Shown here in pieces: positions 17,520 to 27,806 of a stretch of DNA of 64,000 nucleotides. How positions within the stretch are numbered: position 1 is the stretch's first letter; each line of letters starts with the position of its first letter. A model generated the notes under the pieces. That model did no database searches. It was given only the letters and a program-made list of their open reading frames with translations, and had not been told where the DNA came from. The translations under genes were made by a program, and so were the position numbers. Origin of the DNA: an uncultured archaeon (GTDB taxonomy: Archaea; Iainarchaeota; Iainarchaeia; Iainarchaeales; GCA-2688035); the NCBI GenBank assembly GCA_964354805.1, contig CAYHBD010000030.1:18337-82336 (forward strand). The letters run 5' to 3'.

Positions 17520-17792
17520 TTATTGTTTTTTGAAAAACAGCCTGCACAGGCAGTGGCCCTGCTCCCTTATTTCGCTCTTGTGGAATGCGCAGGGGCAAAT
17601 CTTTGTATCGTCCTCAGCTTTTTTTCCGGTCAGCGCCCTGCAGGGGCAGTATTTTGCGCCCTTTGAATTGAGATTCTTTGCCAAAGCGCTTATTACTAAA
17701 TTCACTATTTTTTCATCCGGATTTAAAACAAGGCCTTCCCTCTCAGCGTAAGCAGTGCTTTCAGCCAGAATCTTTTTTTCTATTGAATCCAA
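17520..17792 (-). CDS. Ferredoxin:thioredoxin reductase catalytic-subunit family
   Basis: LNPD, YCPCR, ICPC, GHCLCRLF; start chosen from GGTGA RBS + TTG. Confidence 0.9.
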   Translation of the reverse strand: MDSIEKKILAESTAYAEREGLVLNPDEKIVNLVISALAKNLNSKGAKYCPCRALTGKKAEDDTKICPCAFHKSEIREQGHCLCRLFFKKQ

Positions 17793-17809
17793 AAAAATCA
17801 CCCATTTCT

Positions 17810-18043
17810 TCAAATGCCGAGCGCTCTCAGCAGCGCTGCCTCGTCAAAGCCAATGATTATTTTTCCGCCAATGTCAATGACAGGGACAGCAGTCTGCCCT
17901 GTCTTGCTGATCATTTCCCTCAGCTTTTGCGGATTGCTGGCTACATCAAAATCCTGGAAATTGACATTGTGTTCGCTCAGGAATTCTTTCACCATGTCGC
18001 AAAAAGGGCAGGTTGGCGTAGAATAAACAATTACTGGCTGCAT
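17810..18043 (-). CDS. Glutaredoxin/NrdH-like redoxin
   Basis: YSTPTCPFC, TGQTAVPVI, GFD. Confidence 0.92.
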   Translation of the reverse strand: MQPVIVYSTPTCPFCDMVKEFLSEHNVNFQDFDVASNPQKLREMISKTGQTAVPVIDIGGKIIIGFDEAALLRALGI

Positions 18044-18208
18044 ATAAGATAATTTAAAAAGAAAAAATATTTTTAAGGCAACAGGGTTCAAAGCGTGTTG
18101 AATACCTCAGTCTTTTAGAGGCATAATTTAGGCAAATTATTTATTTTTTCAACACGCTTTCAAAAAAAGAAAAACCTTTTAAAGAAACCCCTGCCAAAAA
18201 TACTTAAT

Positions 18209-18877
18209 ATGCCTGAATCAAGCGAAAGCGAAGAAAACGAAATTGAAGGAGCGGAAAACGCTGCAGTGTGGGAAGCAAGCCGAAAAGCAGAGCAAGATGC
18301 TGTGCAAAAGGCAAATAATGGCAGAAGACCAACAACGCCTTTGATTGCGGTAATTGCTGTTTTGGCAATTATTATTGCAGCGGCAACTCTTGTTTTTTTA
18401 TTCAGGCAACCAAGCCAAACAGGGCTTACAGTGTTATCCAATAACACAGACAGCAACGCCGCTGTTGCAGGGATAAAAACTTTTTCAAAGACAAACGACC
18501 AAATTGAAACAATTGACGGAAAGCCTGTGATAAGGCTTTTTTCAACAACCTGGTGCCCGCACTGCCAGTGGATAAAGGAAACATTTGACGCTACCGTAAA
18601 GCCTTATGTTGATTCCGGAAAAATTGTTGCAAGGCACTGGGAGCTTGACATTCAGGATGATACGCTTACAGCCGCTGTTGAAGGCAGTGTTCCAAAAGAA
18701 GAGCAGGACGTATTCGCCAAATTCAGCCCTGGCACAAGCATACCTGCATTTGTTTTCGGAGGAAAATATTACAGGATTGGAAACGGCTACGAAACGCAAA
18801 AAGATTTGGCTGCTGAGAAAGCGGAATTTACTGCAGTAATTGAAGCACTGCTGAAAGAGATGGAAGAACAAAAGTAA
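18209..18877 (+). CDS. Membrane-anchored thioredoxin-fold protein
   Basis: TM helix, WCPHC, SIP cis-Pro loop. Confidence 0.85.
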   Translation: MPESSESEENEIEGAENAAVWEASRKAEQDAVQKANNGRRPTTPLIAVIAVLAIIIAAATLVFLFRQPSQTGLTVLSNNTDSNAAVAGIKTFSKTNDQIETIDGKPVIRLFSTTWCPHCQWIKETFDATVKPYVDSGKIVARHWELDIQDDTLTAAVEGSVPKEEQDVFAKFSPGTSIPAFVFGGKYYRIGNGYETQKDLAAEKAEFTAVIEALLKEMEEQK

Positions 18878-19003
18878 AAAAAACTTTTTCTAAGCGGATA
18901 GGCAAAAGCAAGAAAGCTTTTTCTTATCAGGCTAAGCTTTGCTGAAAGAAGATGAAGGAAAGAAATAGTGCAATCTTTTTAATTCAATTTTTTATTTACA
19001 ATA

Positions 19004-20140
19004 CTAACAGCTTCCGCCGCTAACGGTTCCGCCGCTATATTGCTCTGAAATGCCTGATGAAGCGAGTTCCTTTGACAGCACAGTTGAGCATGCTGCTGGC
19101 TTGGTTGTGAAACCATAGCACAAGAGGTTTTTTACGTTTTCAGCTGACCTCTCGCTTCCGGTCGCATTGTTGTCAGCACCGAATTCGAATTCGTCGACTT
19201 GCATGCCGTTAAGGAACAGGGTTGGCGAACTTCCAACGCCATTCTGGTTTGCTAGATCAAAGTCTGCCTGAGCATATGCAATGCCCTTTGAAGTGTCTGT
19301 CATGCATGTGTTCAGCTTTGCCTTGTCAATGCCTGCAGCAGTGAGCGCTGCCTCGCTGTCGCCTTTTTTCATGTATTCGGAAACATAAGGCCAATATTTG
19401 CCGCCCTGCTCTTCCCTGATGCAAATCTGGCGCAGGTTCTCCTGCGCTTCCACATCGCCGTGCATCGAGGTTATTTTTCCGCCCTCAATAGAGCCAATAT
19501 AACGAACTTTTATGTTTGCCCCAAGACCTGTTGCCACTGGTGCAAGAATGCGCTGCATCTGCAGACCATATGGGCAGTTTGAAACAATGAATGCTTCAAG
19601 CAGGGCGCTTTCCTGCGGCTCTATATCTTTGTAGGAAAAAGTCGGCGTTGGCTCTGCCTCAGGTTGTGGCTCAGGCAATGACTTGTCCAAAAAGAAAATA
19701 TTGGAGAATTCCTGACCGGTAAACATTGTTGTGCCCTCTTTTGTAACATAAACCGTTATGTTGCCCTTCTGCCCGCTGCTTTCCATCAGAATATCTGCGG
19801 AATACAAATCGCTGTTCAATGAAGTAAGCGAAACAACGGTTGCATTGGCATCCTGGCCTTGCATTAATCCTGTTAAATAAGTCTGCAGCTTCAGCTGCAA
19901 TGCATTCACATCAGGACCGACAGCAGGGGAAGGAGCCAAGCCGGCTGTATTGGGCATAGCAACCCTGTCAATTAACGCACCAACAATCAATCCGACAATC
20001 AGGACAACAATCACTGTAAGCAATAAATTCTTGCAGCAGAAAAAAGCAATGCCTTGTTTCTGCTTTTTAGCCTCATGCTCTGCTTTTGCTTCAGACTGTT
20101 CAGCTTTTTCTTCAGCCGCAGCGCCTTCTTTCTTGCTCAT
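19004..20140 (-). CDS. Membrane-anchored DsbA/GILT-like thioredoxin-fold protein
   Basis: TM helix, SNCPYG, SMHG.VE, GVGSSPTLFLNG, C-terminal GSC. Confidence 0.8.
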   Translation of the reverse strand: MSKKEGAAAEEKAEQSEAKAEHEAKKQKQGIAFFCCKNLLLTVIVVLIVGLIVGALIDRVAMPNTAGLAPSPAVGPDVNALQLKLQTYLTGLMQGQDANATVVSLTSLNSDLYSADILMESSGQKGNITVYVTKEGTTMFTGQEFSNIFFLDKSLPEPQPEAEPTPTFSYKDIEPQESALLEAFIVSNCPYGLQMQRILAPVATGLGANIKVRYIGSIEGGKITSMHGDVEAQENLRQICIREEQGGKYWPYVSEYMKKGDSEAALTAAGIDKAKLNTCMTDTSKGIAYAQADFDLANQNGVGSSPTLFLNGMQVDEFEFGADNNATGSERSAENVKNLLCYGFTTKPAACSTVLSKELASSGISEQYSGGTVSGGSC

Positions 20141-20197
20141 GCTAAAATTCAACCAGCAAAACAATTAAAAAGCTTCTTTTATTGTAAGAAAAAATCA

Positions 20198-20659
20198 TTA
20201 TTTAACGAAAATCACGTCTTTTTCCGAATCAATCCGCCTGAAAGTGCGGAAAATTTCCGCAGCCTGACTGAAATTCCCTGCCCTCTTGAAAAAACTGACT
20301 GCGATTGCAGCCTGCTGCTTTGCAACCCTCGCAATTTCCTCTTTTGCCTTAACCAAATCCGCGTGGTGCAGTGCAGTAATGCTTATCACTGAATCAAAGC
20401 TGCTGCGCTTGAAAGGCAGCTGCTCTGCCCTGCCGACAACTTTAACTCCATTGAAATGCTGCAGCATTTCCCTGCAAGGGTCAAGCGCAATGCACTGCGC
20501 TTGCTGCCGGAATTCCCTTGTTGTTATGCCAGTGCCTGCGCCAATGTCAAGCAGCAATCCATGCAGCGCAGCGTGCTTTTTAATCAGGGCTGCTTTTGCC
20601 AGCTGCTCTTGGGCATGCAGGGCATCATAGCCTTTGCTTATTGCGTTATAGTATCGCAT
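20198..20659 (-). CDS. Class I SAM-dependent methyltransferase
   Basis: LLDIGAGTG, AEQLPFK..SFD. Confidence 0.88.
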   Translation of the reverse strand: MRYYNAISKGYDALHAQEQLAKAALIKKHAALHGLLLDIGAGTGITTREFRQQAQCIALDPCREMLQHFNGVKVVGRAEQLPFKRSSFDSVISITALHHADLVKAKEEIARVAKQQAAIAVSFFKRAGNFSQAAEIFRTFRRIDSEKDVIFVK

Positions 20660-20731
20660 TCCAAAATTATTAATTATAAAAAGGAATAAATAAAGGGTGG
20701 GTTTTGATTAATAAAAGAGCCATTTTTCATA

Positions 20732-21208
20732 TCAGCCGAACAGCCGCCCGATTGCATCTCCTGCAAAGTGGGTTAAAACAATAACGCATATTGCAATCAG
20801 CAAATGCTCTGCAACCGCGTAGCTGGGTTTTTGCCCCTCGCCTTTTGCAATGAAAAAGCTGAGCACAGCCAGCAGCAGCAAGCCCCATGCCACACCTACA
20901 ATCATTGCTGTTGAAAGCGGCAATAAAAGCACTGGCAAAACAAATGAAAGGGCAACAAAGAATTTGGCGACAAAAGTTGCTGCCGTTGACTGCCAAATCT
21001 CTTTGCTTGAGTGCTTTTTCTCCGATTCCTCGCTTACATGAATGCCAAGCGCGTCGCTGAATGCATCAGCAATTGCAATCGTCAGAATGCCGCCGATTAC
21101 AACCGGCTGGCTGTGTGTCCCTGAGTGCAGCCCGACCATTAAGCCAAGAGTTGTTATTATTCCGCTTGTCACGCCGAAGCTGAATCCAATACTTAAACTG
21201 TGGTTCAT
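20732..21208 (-). CDS. VIT1/CCC1-family membrane protein
   Basis: FGVTSGIITTLG, IADAFSDALGIHVSEE. Confidence 0.85.
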   Translation of the reverse strand: MNHSLSIGFSFGVTSGIITTLGLMVGLHSGTHSQPVVIGGILTIAIADAFSDALGIHVSEESEKKHSSKEIWQSTAATFVAKFFVALSFVLPVLLLPLSTAMIVGVAWGLLLLAVLSFFIAKGEGQKPSYAVAEHLLIAICVIVLTHFAGDAIGRLFG

Positions 21209-21320
21209 AGCAAAAAGGGATAAGAGAAATTAATAAAAAAGCATAATAATACCACTTGGAAAAATAAAAAGAGGCAATACCGCCGCCAACGGCGCCTAAA
21301 AAAGACAATTACTCTTTTAA

Positions 21321-21340
21321 ATATGTTGTTGCCAACATAT
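21321..21340. promoter_or_regulatory. Putative PadR operator overlapping ABC operon promoter
   Basis: ATATGTTG-TTGC-CAACATAT (contains ATGT-N8-ACAT) right after TTTTAAAT. Confidence 0.6.
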
Positions 21341-21364
21341 TAGCAACTTTTTGGGTGATTCCGA

Positions 21365-22078
21365 TTGCCAGCTGAGGCCGTGATTAGGGCTGAGAATGTT
21401 TCAAAAGCTTACCAGATGGGCACTATTCAGGTAAAGGCACTGGACAATGTCAGCCTGGGCATTAAAAAAGGCGAATTCATTGCAATAATGGGGCCAAGCG
21501 GCAGCGGGAAGACAACTTTGCTTGATGTTTTGAGCGCTTTGCTGAGGCCAAGCAGCGGTGAAGTGTTCATCAATGGCAGGCCGATAAGCGAGATGGACGA
21601 CAACCAGCTCGCTGTTGTAAGGGGCAGAACAATCGGATTTGTTTTCCAGACATTCAATCTGATAGCGAGAATGACTGCTTTGGAAAATGTCATGCTGCCT
21701 TTGTGGTTCCTGGGAAAAAGCCCGGAGGAAAGAAAAGCTGCTGCAGAGAAAATTTTGACAGATGTTGGCATGGCTGAAAGGATGCAGCACAGGCCGAACG
21801 AGCTGAGCGGAGGCCAGAGGCAGAAGGTTGCGATCGCAAGGGCGCTTGCAGTAAACCCTGATGTGATTGTTGCCGATGAGCCTACCGGAAACCTTGACAG
21901 CGCAAGCGGCGAGCAAATCCTGAACATAATAAAGGAATTGCACGAGAAAAAAGGGAAAACAGTTCTGATGGTAACGCATGAAAGATACGTTGCGGAGAAG
22001 GCTGAAAAAATCCTGCATTTGCGGGATGGCATGATTGTTAAAAAGGAAGAAATAACCAAAAAAAGGAGAGGTGGTTGA
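21365..22078 (+). CDS. ABC transporter ATP-binding protein (LolD/MacB type)
   Basis: GPSGSGKT, LSGGQ, ADEPTGNLD, VTH. Confidence 0.95.
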   Translation: MPAEAVIRAENVSKAYQMGTIQVKALDNVSLGIKKGEFIAIMGPSGSGKTTLLDVLSALLRPSSGEVFINGRPISEMDDNQLAVVRGRTIGFVFQTFNLIARMTALENVMLPLWFLGKSPEERKAAAEKILTDVGMAERMQHRPNELSGGQRQKVAIARALAVNPDVIVADEPTGNLDSASGEQILNIIKELHEKKGKTVLMVTHERYVAEKAEKILHLRDGMIVKKEEITKKRRGG

Positions 22079-22082
22079 AAAA

Positions 22083-23324
22083 ATGAATTGGAAAAACGTT
22101 TTGTTTTTGGCGCTGCTGATTTTTTTCGCAGGCAACGCGGCAGCAGGGGACCTGATTGCGAGCTCATTCAGCTATGAGCCAGCGCCTGCAGCGCCAGGCG
22201 GCACCTTGAGCGTGTGGGTATACATAAAGAATGATTCATCCTACTTGTCAGAGGACGCCAAACTTAAAGTGGAATTAAGCTATCCACTGTCGCTGCAGCC
22301 AGGGCAAGAGGCTGAAATAGGGTTGGGCGACATAGATCTTTTCAAAACAAAAGCAGTTGAATTCAAGATTCTGGTGGATCCGAAAGCAATAGATGGAAGA
22401 TACAGCATAAAGTTTCTTTTTGGCGAGGGTGGTTTCTTCAAGAGCAAAACCGAGCTTGTAAGCGTACTAAGCAGGACGCCGAAGCTGGAGATAATCGAAA
22501 GCGATGTTACACAGCTTGAGCCTGGCCAGGTTGCAACAGTCAACCTTTCAATTAAAAACATCGGCGGCAGCATCGCAAAAAACATTGTTGTGAAAACAAC
22601 TGAGGACAGGACAGTCACTTCAACAGGCGTTGTGGTTGAAAGGGAAATTGTTTCACTTGGGGCAACAACGAAATATGTTGAATTCCTTGACCCTGACCAG
22701 CAGACTACAGTGCAGATGCAGCTTGCAGTGAACGAAGGTGCTGAACTGAAAAATTACTCGGTTCCAATAACAATGGAATACTATGACATAAATGGAACCG
22801 CAAAAACAGACACGGGCTACCTTGGCTTGAAAGTAACAGCAGCACCAGAGGTTGATGCTGTAATCAGCAGCGTAACGCCATACGCTTTCCCTGGCACAAC
22901 AGCGGAACTTACAATTGACTTGTTCAACATAGGTTCGGCTGACGCAAAATATGTAACAGTTGAATTGAGCGGGGAAGGTGTTGAAATAGCCGAGCCAAAG
23001 CAATTCATTGGAACGCTGGAAGCTGACGACTTTGATTCATTCAAAACAAGCGCTAAATTCAGCCAGGCAGTGCAGCCGGGGCAGCAATTGCCGATCACGC
23101 TGAAAATAATTTACAAGGACCCTGAACAGCAAACGCAGGTCAAGCCAAAACAGCTTTCACTGAAAGTGCTCACTGCAGCGGAGATGCAGGCAACAGCAGG
23201 CATTGGGCCAGCCGCAATAATTATAGGGCTGTTCTCCCTGGCAGTCCAGCTGATTGGATTGTACGTTGTAGCACGGTTCGGCTACAGGAAATTCAAGCAG
23301 TTCAGGGGAAAGAAGGGGAAATAA
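22083..23324 (+). CDS. COG1361-like S-layer/Ig-domain protein with C-terminal TM
   Basis: Signal peptide, repeated NxG..A..V Ig modules, TM; usual ABC-operon partner. Confidence 0.8.
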   Translation: MNWKNVLFLALLIFFAGNAAAGDLIASSFSYEPAPAAPGGTLSVWVYIKNDSSYLSEDAKLKVELSYPLSLQPGQEAEIGLGDIDLFKTKAVEFKILVDPKAIDGRYSIKFLFGEGGFFKSKTELVSVLSRTPKLEIIESDVTQLEPGQVATVNLSIKNIGGSIAKNIVVKTTEDRTVTSTGVVVEREIVSLGATTKYVEFLDPDQQTTVQMQLAVNEGAELKNYSVPITMEYYDINGTAKTDTGYLGLKVTAAPEVDAVISSVTPYAFPGTTAELTIDLFNIGSADAKYVTVELSGEGVEIAEPKQFIGTLEADDFDSFKTSAKFSQAVQPGQQLPITLKIIYKDPEQQTQVKPKQLSLKVLTAAEMQATAGIGPAAIIIGLFSLAVQLIGLYVVARFGYRKFKQFRGKKGK

Positions 23325-23430
23325 AAACCTGCAATTAATTTCCTTTTGAATTTTTTTCAATTCAAGGGAAAAAAATGAAATAGAAACAGCAAATTATCCC
23401 CATATGCTTTCCTTTCTTAAAGGTGGTTGG

Positions 23431-24636
23431 TTGATTGATTCAGAACTGCTGGATGTGGCATTCAAAAACCTCAAAGCGCGAAAGCTGCGCAGCTATCTCA
23501 CCCTGCTTGGCATAGTTATCGGGATTGCAGCAATTGTAGCGCTTGTTTCATTGGGCGAAGGACTGAACCAGGCAGTAACCCAGCAGTTCGAGCAGCTCGG
23601 CCTGAACACCCTTGTTGTAGAGCCAGGCAGCGGCAGCTTTGTTTCAACGGCCGTTGCAAGAACCTTAAAGGAAGATGACGAAAGGCTGATTGAGGGCATT
23701 GCAGGCGTTGAGGCAGTAGTCGGATTTTATGAAACAGCAGCTGTTGCCGAATTCAAGAACGGGAAAAGCAGCGTATTCATAATCGGCTTTGACCCCAAAA
23801 AAATGCCTTACCTCGAAAAAATGGGTTACAGCGAGTTAACTAAAGGGAGAAAATTGCAGCCAAGCGACAAATATGCTGTCATGCTGACAGAGGGCTTTGC
23901 GGCAAACGGCTTTGTCGACGAAACATTGAGGGTAAAAGACAGCCTTGAAATAAACGGCCAGAAATTCAAAATCGTCGGCATAACAAAAGACATGGGCGGC
24001 TTCATGGGCGGAGGCATAATGTCAAATTTCCTCTTCATGCCAAAGAAAACAGTGCAGGACTTTTTTTCCGGAAGCAATCCGACAGAATTGATTGTAGAGT
24101 TAACAGACAAGTCAATGGCTGACGAGGTTGCGGAAAAAATAAAGACAAAGCTGCTGCGGGCGCATGGGGAAGAAGATTTTTATGTCATGACAATGGAGAA
24201 CATAATGGAAAGCGCGGGCGTTGTGCTGGGATTAATTCAGCTTGTGCTTGTCGGCCTTGCGGCAATCTCACTGCTTGTTGGAGGCATTGGAATAATGAAC
24301 ACAATGCTGATGTCAGTAATGGAAAGGACAACAGAGATTGGCACAATGAAGGCAATCGGCGCAACAAACAGCAGGGTTTTGTCAATATTTCTGGCTGAGG
24401 CAGCACTGCTCGGATTCACAGGCGGCCTGGTTGGCTCTGTCTTCGGCATTATGATTGCAGCAGGCGTTTCGGTTGTTGCAACAGCAACCGGCTTTCCCCT
24501 GCCTGTTGTCGTTAATCCGCTTGCATTTGTTGTGGCAATTGCCTTTGCAATGGCTGTCGGAATGATTTCAGGGTACTATCCCGCAAGGCGAGCGGCATTG
24601 CTCGAACCTGTTGCAGCACTGAGGTACGCCGAATAA
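23431..24636 (+). CDS. ABC permease (MacB/FtsX)
   Basis: RSYLTLLGIVIGIAA, GGIGIMNTM, ERTTEIG, PVAALRY. Confidence 0.93.
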   Translation: MIDSELLDVAFKNLKARKLRSYLTLLGIVIGIAAIVALVSLGEGLNQAVTQQFEQLGLNTLVVEPGSGSFVSTAVARTLKEDDERLIEGIAGVEAVVGFYETAAVAEFKNGKSSVFIIGFDPKKMPYLEKMGYSELTKGRKLQPSDKYAVMLTEGFAANGFVDETLRVKDSLEINGQKFKIVGITKDMGGFMGGGIMSNFLFMPKKTVQDFFSGSNPTELIVELTDKSMADEVAEKIKTKLLRAHGEEDFYVMTMENIMESAGVVLGLIQLVLVGLAAISLLVGGIGIMNTMLMSVMERTTEIGTMKAIGATNSRVLSIFLAEAALLGFTGGLVGSVFGIMIAAGVSVVATATGFPLPVVVNPLAFVVAIAFAMAVGMISGYYPARRAALLEPVAALRYAE

Positions 24637-24825
24637 AAAAAACGAAGGTGAAAAATTGGCTTTGATTAAATTTGAATTTTTTGTGGCATATAAAGTTTAT
24701 GTATTGCCACTTTTTTTGATGAAACTTTTTCCAAAAATTTCTTGCATTGCATTAAAATAAAAAAAAGGTTGAAAAAAATGGATTAAAATTGCATCAAATT
24801 AAAAAAAACAAAAGGGGTTGAAAAA

Positions 24826-26025
24826 TTGGCTTTGGTTGATTTTGAATTGTTTCAGGTTGCGTTCAAAAACCTGAGGAGCAGGCGGTTGCGCAGCTTTCTC
24901 ACTATTCTTGGGGTAGTTATCGGGATTGCGGCAATTGTTGCGCTTATTTCCATAGGCGAGAGCCTGAACCAATCTGTAACCAAGCAGTTCGAGCAGCTCG
25001 GCACAAGGACTTTGACTGTTACGCCAGGCGGCGGCCTTGCCGAAAGCACTTTGGCGAAACTGCAGACCGAAGACGTTGACACAATTGAAAAAGTGAAAGG
25101 GGTTGATTTTGCAACAGAGCTGTACATTGTATCAAGGCAGGTGGTTTTCAAGGGGGAAAAAAAGAGTGCTGTGATAATCGGCATTGACCCGGAAAAAATA
25201 GACGAACTCGGCATGATTGGAATGGTTGAAATCGGTTCAGGAAGGCAGCTTTCAAAAAATGACACCACTGCCATAATCGTCGGAGAAAACTTCGGCGAAA
25301 AAATCCTCAAACAGGACCTGCGCCTGAAAGAGAGCCTTGAAATGGACAGCACAAAGCTGAAGGTTGTCGGAATACTGAAAGGCGCAAAGCAGAGCCTTGC
25401 AGCAATGTTCAACACCGCCATTGCAATGAACAGCGAGGAATTAAAAAAATTGAGCACTGAAGAAATAACCCCATTCAGGATAATCGTGAATGTTTTGCCG
25501 GGCGAGGATGTGGAAGAAGTAAAGCAGCGCATAGCAGACAGGCTGGAGAAAAAGCACGGGAAAAAGGATTTCCAGGTTATGGCAATGCAGCAGATTGCCG
25601 ACATTGCAGGGAGCGTTATTGGATTGATTAGCCTTGTGTTGATTGGAATTGCGGCAATCTCGCTGCTTGTAGGAGGCATTGGAATAATGAACACAATGCT
25701 GATGTCAGTAATGGAAAGGACAAGGGAAGTTGGAGTGATGAAAGCGATTGGCGCAACAACAAACAGGATCATTGCAATCTTTGTTGTAGAAGCAGGAATG
25801 ATTGGCCTGGCCGGCGGAATAATCGGATTGCTGGTCGGCGCTGGAATTGCAGCCGTTGTTTCATTAGTAGCTGACGCTGCAGGCCTGCCCCTTGCAACAG
25901 CAGTAACACCCACACTGGTTATCGGGGCGCTTGCATTCAGCATGGCAATCGGGATGATTGCAGGCGTTTACCCGGCAAAAAGGGCGGCAAGCATAGACCC
26001 AGTGGAGGCGCTGAGATATGAATAA
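24826..26025 (+). CDS. ABC permease (MacB/FtsX), paralogue
   Basis: Same motifs; near-identical DNA block GGAGGCATTGGAATAATGAACACAATGCTGATGTCAGTAATGGAAAGGACAA. Confidence 0.93.
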   Translation: MALVDFELFQVAFKNLRSRRLRSFLTILGVVIGIAAIVALISIGESLNQSVTKQFEQLGTRTLTVTPGGGLAESTLAKLQTEDVDTIEKVKGVDFATELYIVSRQVVFKGEKKSAVIIGIDPEKIDELGMIGMVEIGSGRQLSKNDTTAIIVGENFGEKILKQDLRLKESLEMDSTKLKVVGILKGAKQSLAAMFNTAIAMNSEELKKLSTEEITPFRIIVNVLPGEDVEEVKQRIADRLEKKHGKKDFQVMAMQQIADIAGSVIGLISLVLIGIAAISLLVGGIGIMNTMLMSVMERTREVGVMKAIGATTNRIIAIFVVEAGMIGLAGGIIGLLVGAGIAAVVSLVADAAGLPLATAVTPTLVIGALAFSMAIGMIAGVYPAKRAASIDPVEALRYE

Positions 26026-26578
26026 AATAAATGAAGCCATGCCTGGAATTTTCAAGGGCCACCTTTGCTACATGATTTTGAGGGCCCTGCAAAAAAAGCC
26101 TTTGCATGGATATGCCATAATAAAAAGAATTGAGTTAATCACCGGCGATATCTGGAAGCCTACAACTGGAAGCGTGTACCCCGCACTGGAGCAGATGCTA
26201 GGCAATGGCCTAATTTCAATAAAGGAAACAACAAAAAAAGGCAGGGAAAGGAAAGTATACGAGCTGACTGCAAAGGGGATGCAAGAGCTGAAGGAGAGGA
26301 AAAAAAGCGTTGAGAAAATAGTAAAAACAACAGATGAAATGTTCCAGCACCTTTTCCCGAAAGAGGTAAACAAAACAGAATTGCTGCAATTAATTGAAGA
26401 AGGCAGATTCCTGCAAAAGGAAATGATTGAAACAAGGCTGAATATGCTGAAGCTGCTTTCGCTCGGCAAAAAAGAAAGAATAAGCAGCAATGAAAAAGCC
26501 CAAATTAAAATAAAACTGGCTGAATTAAACGCCATGCTCAAGAAAATAATTGAAAGCAAAAATCAACCGCTTGGTTGA
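26018..26578 (+). CDS. PadR family transcriptional regulator
   Basis: PLHGYAII, WKPTTGSVYPAL, RKVYELTAKG. Confidence 0.92.
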   Translation: MNKINEAMPGIFKGHLCYMILRALQKKPLHGYAIIKRIELITGDIWKPTTGSVYPALEQMLGNGLISIKETTKKGRERKVYELTAKGMQELKERKKSVEKIVKTTDEMFQHLFPKEVNKTELLQLIEEGRFLQKEMIETRLNMLKLLSLGKKERISSNEKAQIKIKLAELNAMLKKIIESKNQPLG

Positions 26579-26677
26579 GAAAAATCAACCGCAGTCATAT
26601 TAAGTCCCCAGGCAGCAATCTCTTTTGGCTTGCCCACCAATTGTTTGGAAAGCCTGCCAAAAAAGGGGTTGTGAATT

Positions 26678-26956
26678 TTGCAGGGGATTACTGTTTTGGA
26701 GCTTGCCTTCATAAAGATTTTGAGAGCCAGGCTTCCGGACGCAAGCCCCATGCACCTGAAGGCAATGCTTGCATTGCTCAGGGAAAAACAAAGCTATTTA
26801 ACCCTGGATGAAATAGAAACATCAACGGCAATCCACAACGGCGAACTGAAAAAAATAATGCGTGATTTTACCGCAACGCAACTGGTTGAAAAAGAAGGCT
26901 GCCTTTTCAGGAAACCGGAAAACAAAAAAGTAATGCAAATTATCTTAGGGAACTAA
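26678..26956 (+). CDS. Small hypothetical (possible wHTH) protein
   Basis: 92-aa ORF with wHTH-like pattern. Confidence 0.4.
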   Translation: MQGITVLELAFIKILRARLPDASPMHLKAMLALLREKQSYLTLDEIETSTAIHNGELKKIMRDFTATQLVEKEGCLFRKPENKKVMQIILGN

Positions 26957-27045
26957 GCAACCTCAATTTACCCCCTTTTTCCAACTTGCCCCTTGCCCTA
27001 TCGCCTCAAGCAAAAGGAATAAAAATCTTGCAAAGCCAGTTATGT

Positions 27046-27804
27046 ATGGTTGGAATGATTGGAATAATCGGCGGTAGTGGCCTTGAGGGCCCGAAGATTT
27101 TGAAGGACGCGAAAGAGGTTGAGGTTACCACGCCTTACGGAAAGCCTAGTTCAAAGCTTATTCTTGGAAAAATCAGCGGCATTGATGTTGCAATAATTTC
27201 AAGGCACGGAGAAAAGCATACTATCCCACCAACTCAAGTCAATTTTAGGGCAAATATTCAGGCGCTAAAAGACCAAGGAGTTACACACATACTCGCGACA
27301 ACCGCTTGCGGAAGCCTTAGAAAAGAGATTGAAAGAGGTGACATTATTATTCTTGACCAATTTATTGACTTTACAAGGCACAGAAAAGTAACCTATTATG
27401 AAGAGTTTCCACCTGGGGGGGAAAACGCAAAACATACGTCAATGCCCGATCCATTCTCGGAAGCATTAAGACAACTACTAATTGAAACTTGCAAAGAACT
27501 GAAGTTTAAGTTTCATCCAAGAGGAACAGTGATTACTATCGAAGGGCCAAGGTTTTCTACTAGGGCCGAATCAAAAATGTTTAGGATTTGGGGTGCAGAC
27601 GTGATAAACATGTCAATTGCCCCAGAATGCATTTTGGCAAACGAGGCAGGCCTTCAGTATGCGGCTGTTGCGATGTCTACAGACTATGATAGTTGGGCTG
27701 AGGAGGAGGCCCCTGTAGAATGGGAAGAACTCCTCAGAACATTCCACAAAAACGCAGATAATGTTAAGGCTCTTCTTATCAAAACAATACCAAAAATAAA
27801 ATAA
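27046..27804 (+). CDS. mtnP: S-methyl-5'-thioadenosine phosphorylase
   Basis: IGIIGGSG, TPYGKPS, RHG..HTIPP, EGPRFSTRAES, TDYD. Confidence 0.93.
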   Translation: MVGMIGIIGGSGLEGPKILKDAKEVEVTTPYGKPSSKLILGKISGIDVAIISRHGEKHTIPPTQVNFRANIQALKDQGVTHILATTACGSLRKEIERGDIIILDQFIDFTRHRKVTYYEEFPPGGENAKHTSMPDPFSEALRQLLIETCKELKFKFHPRGTVITIEGPRFSTRAESKMFRIWGADVINMSIAPECILANEAGLQYAAVAMSTDYDSWAEEEAPVEWEELLRTFHKNADNVKALLIKTIPKIK

Positions 27805-27806
27805 AC

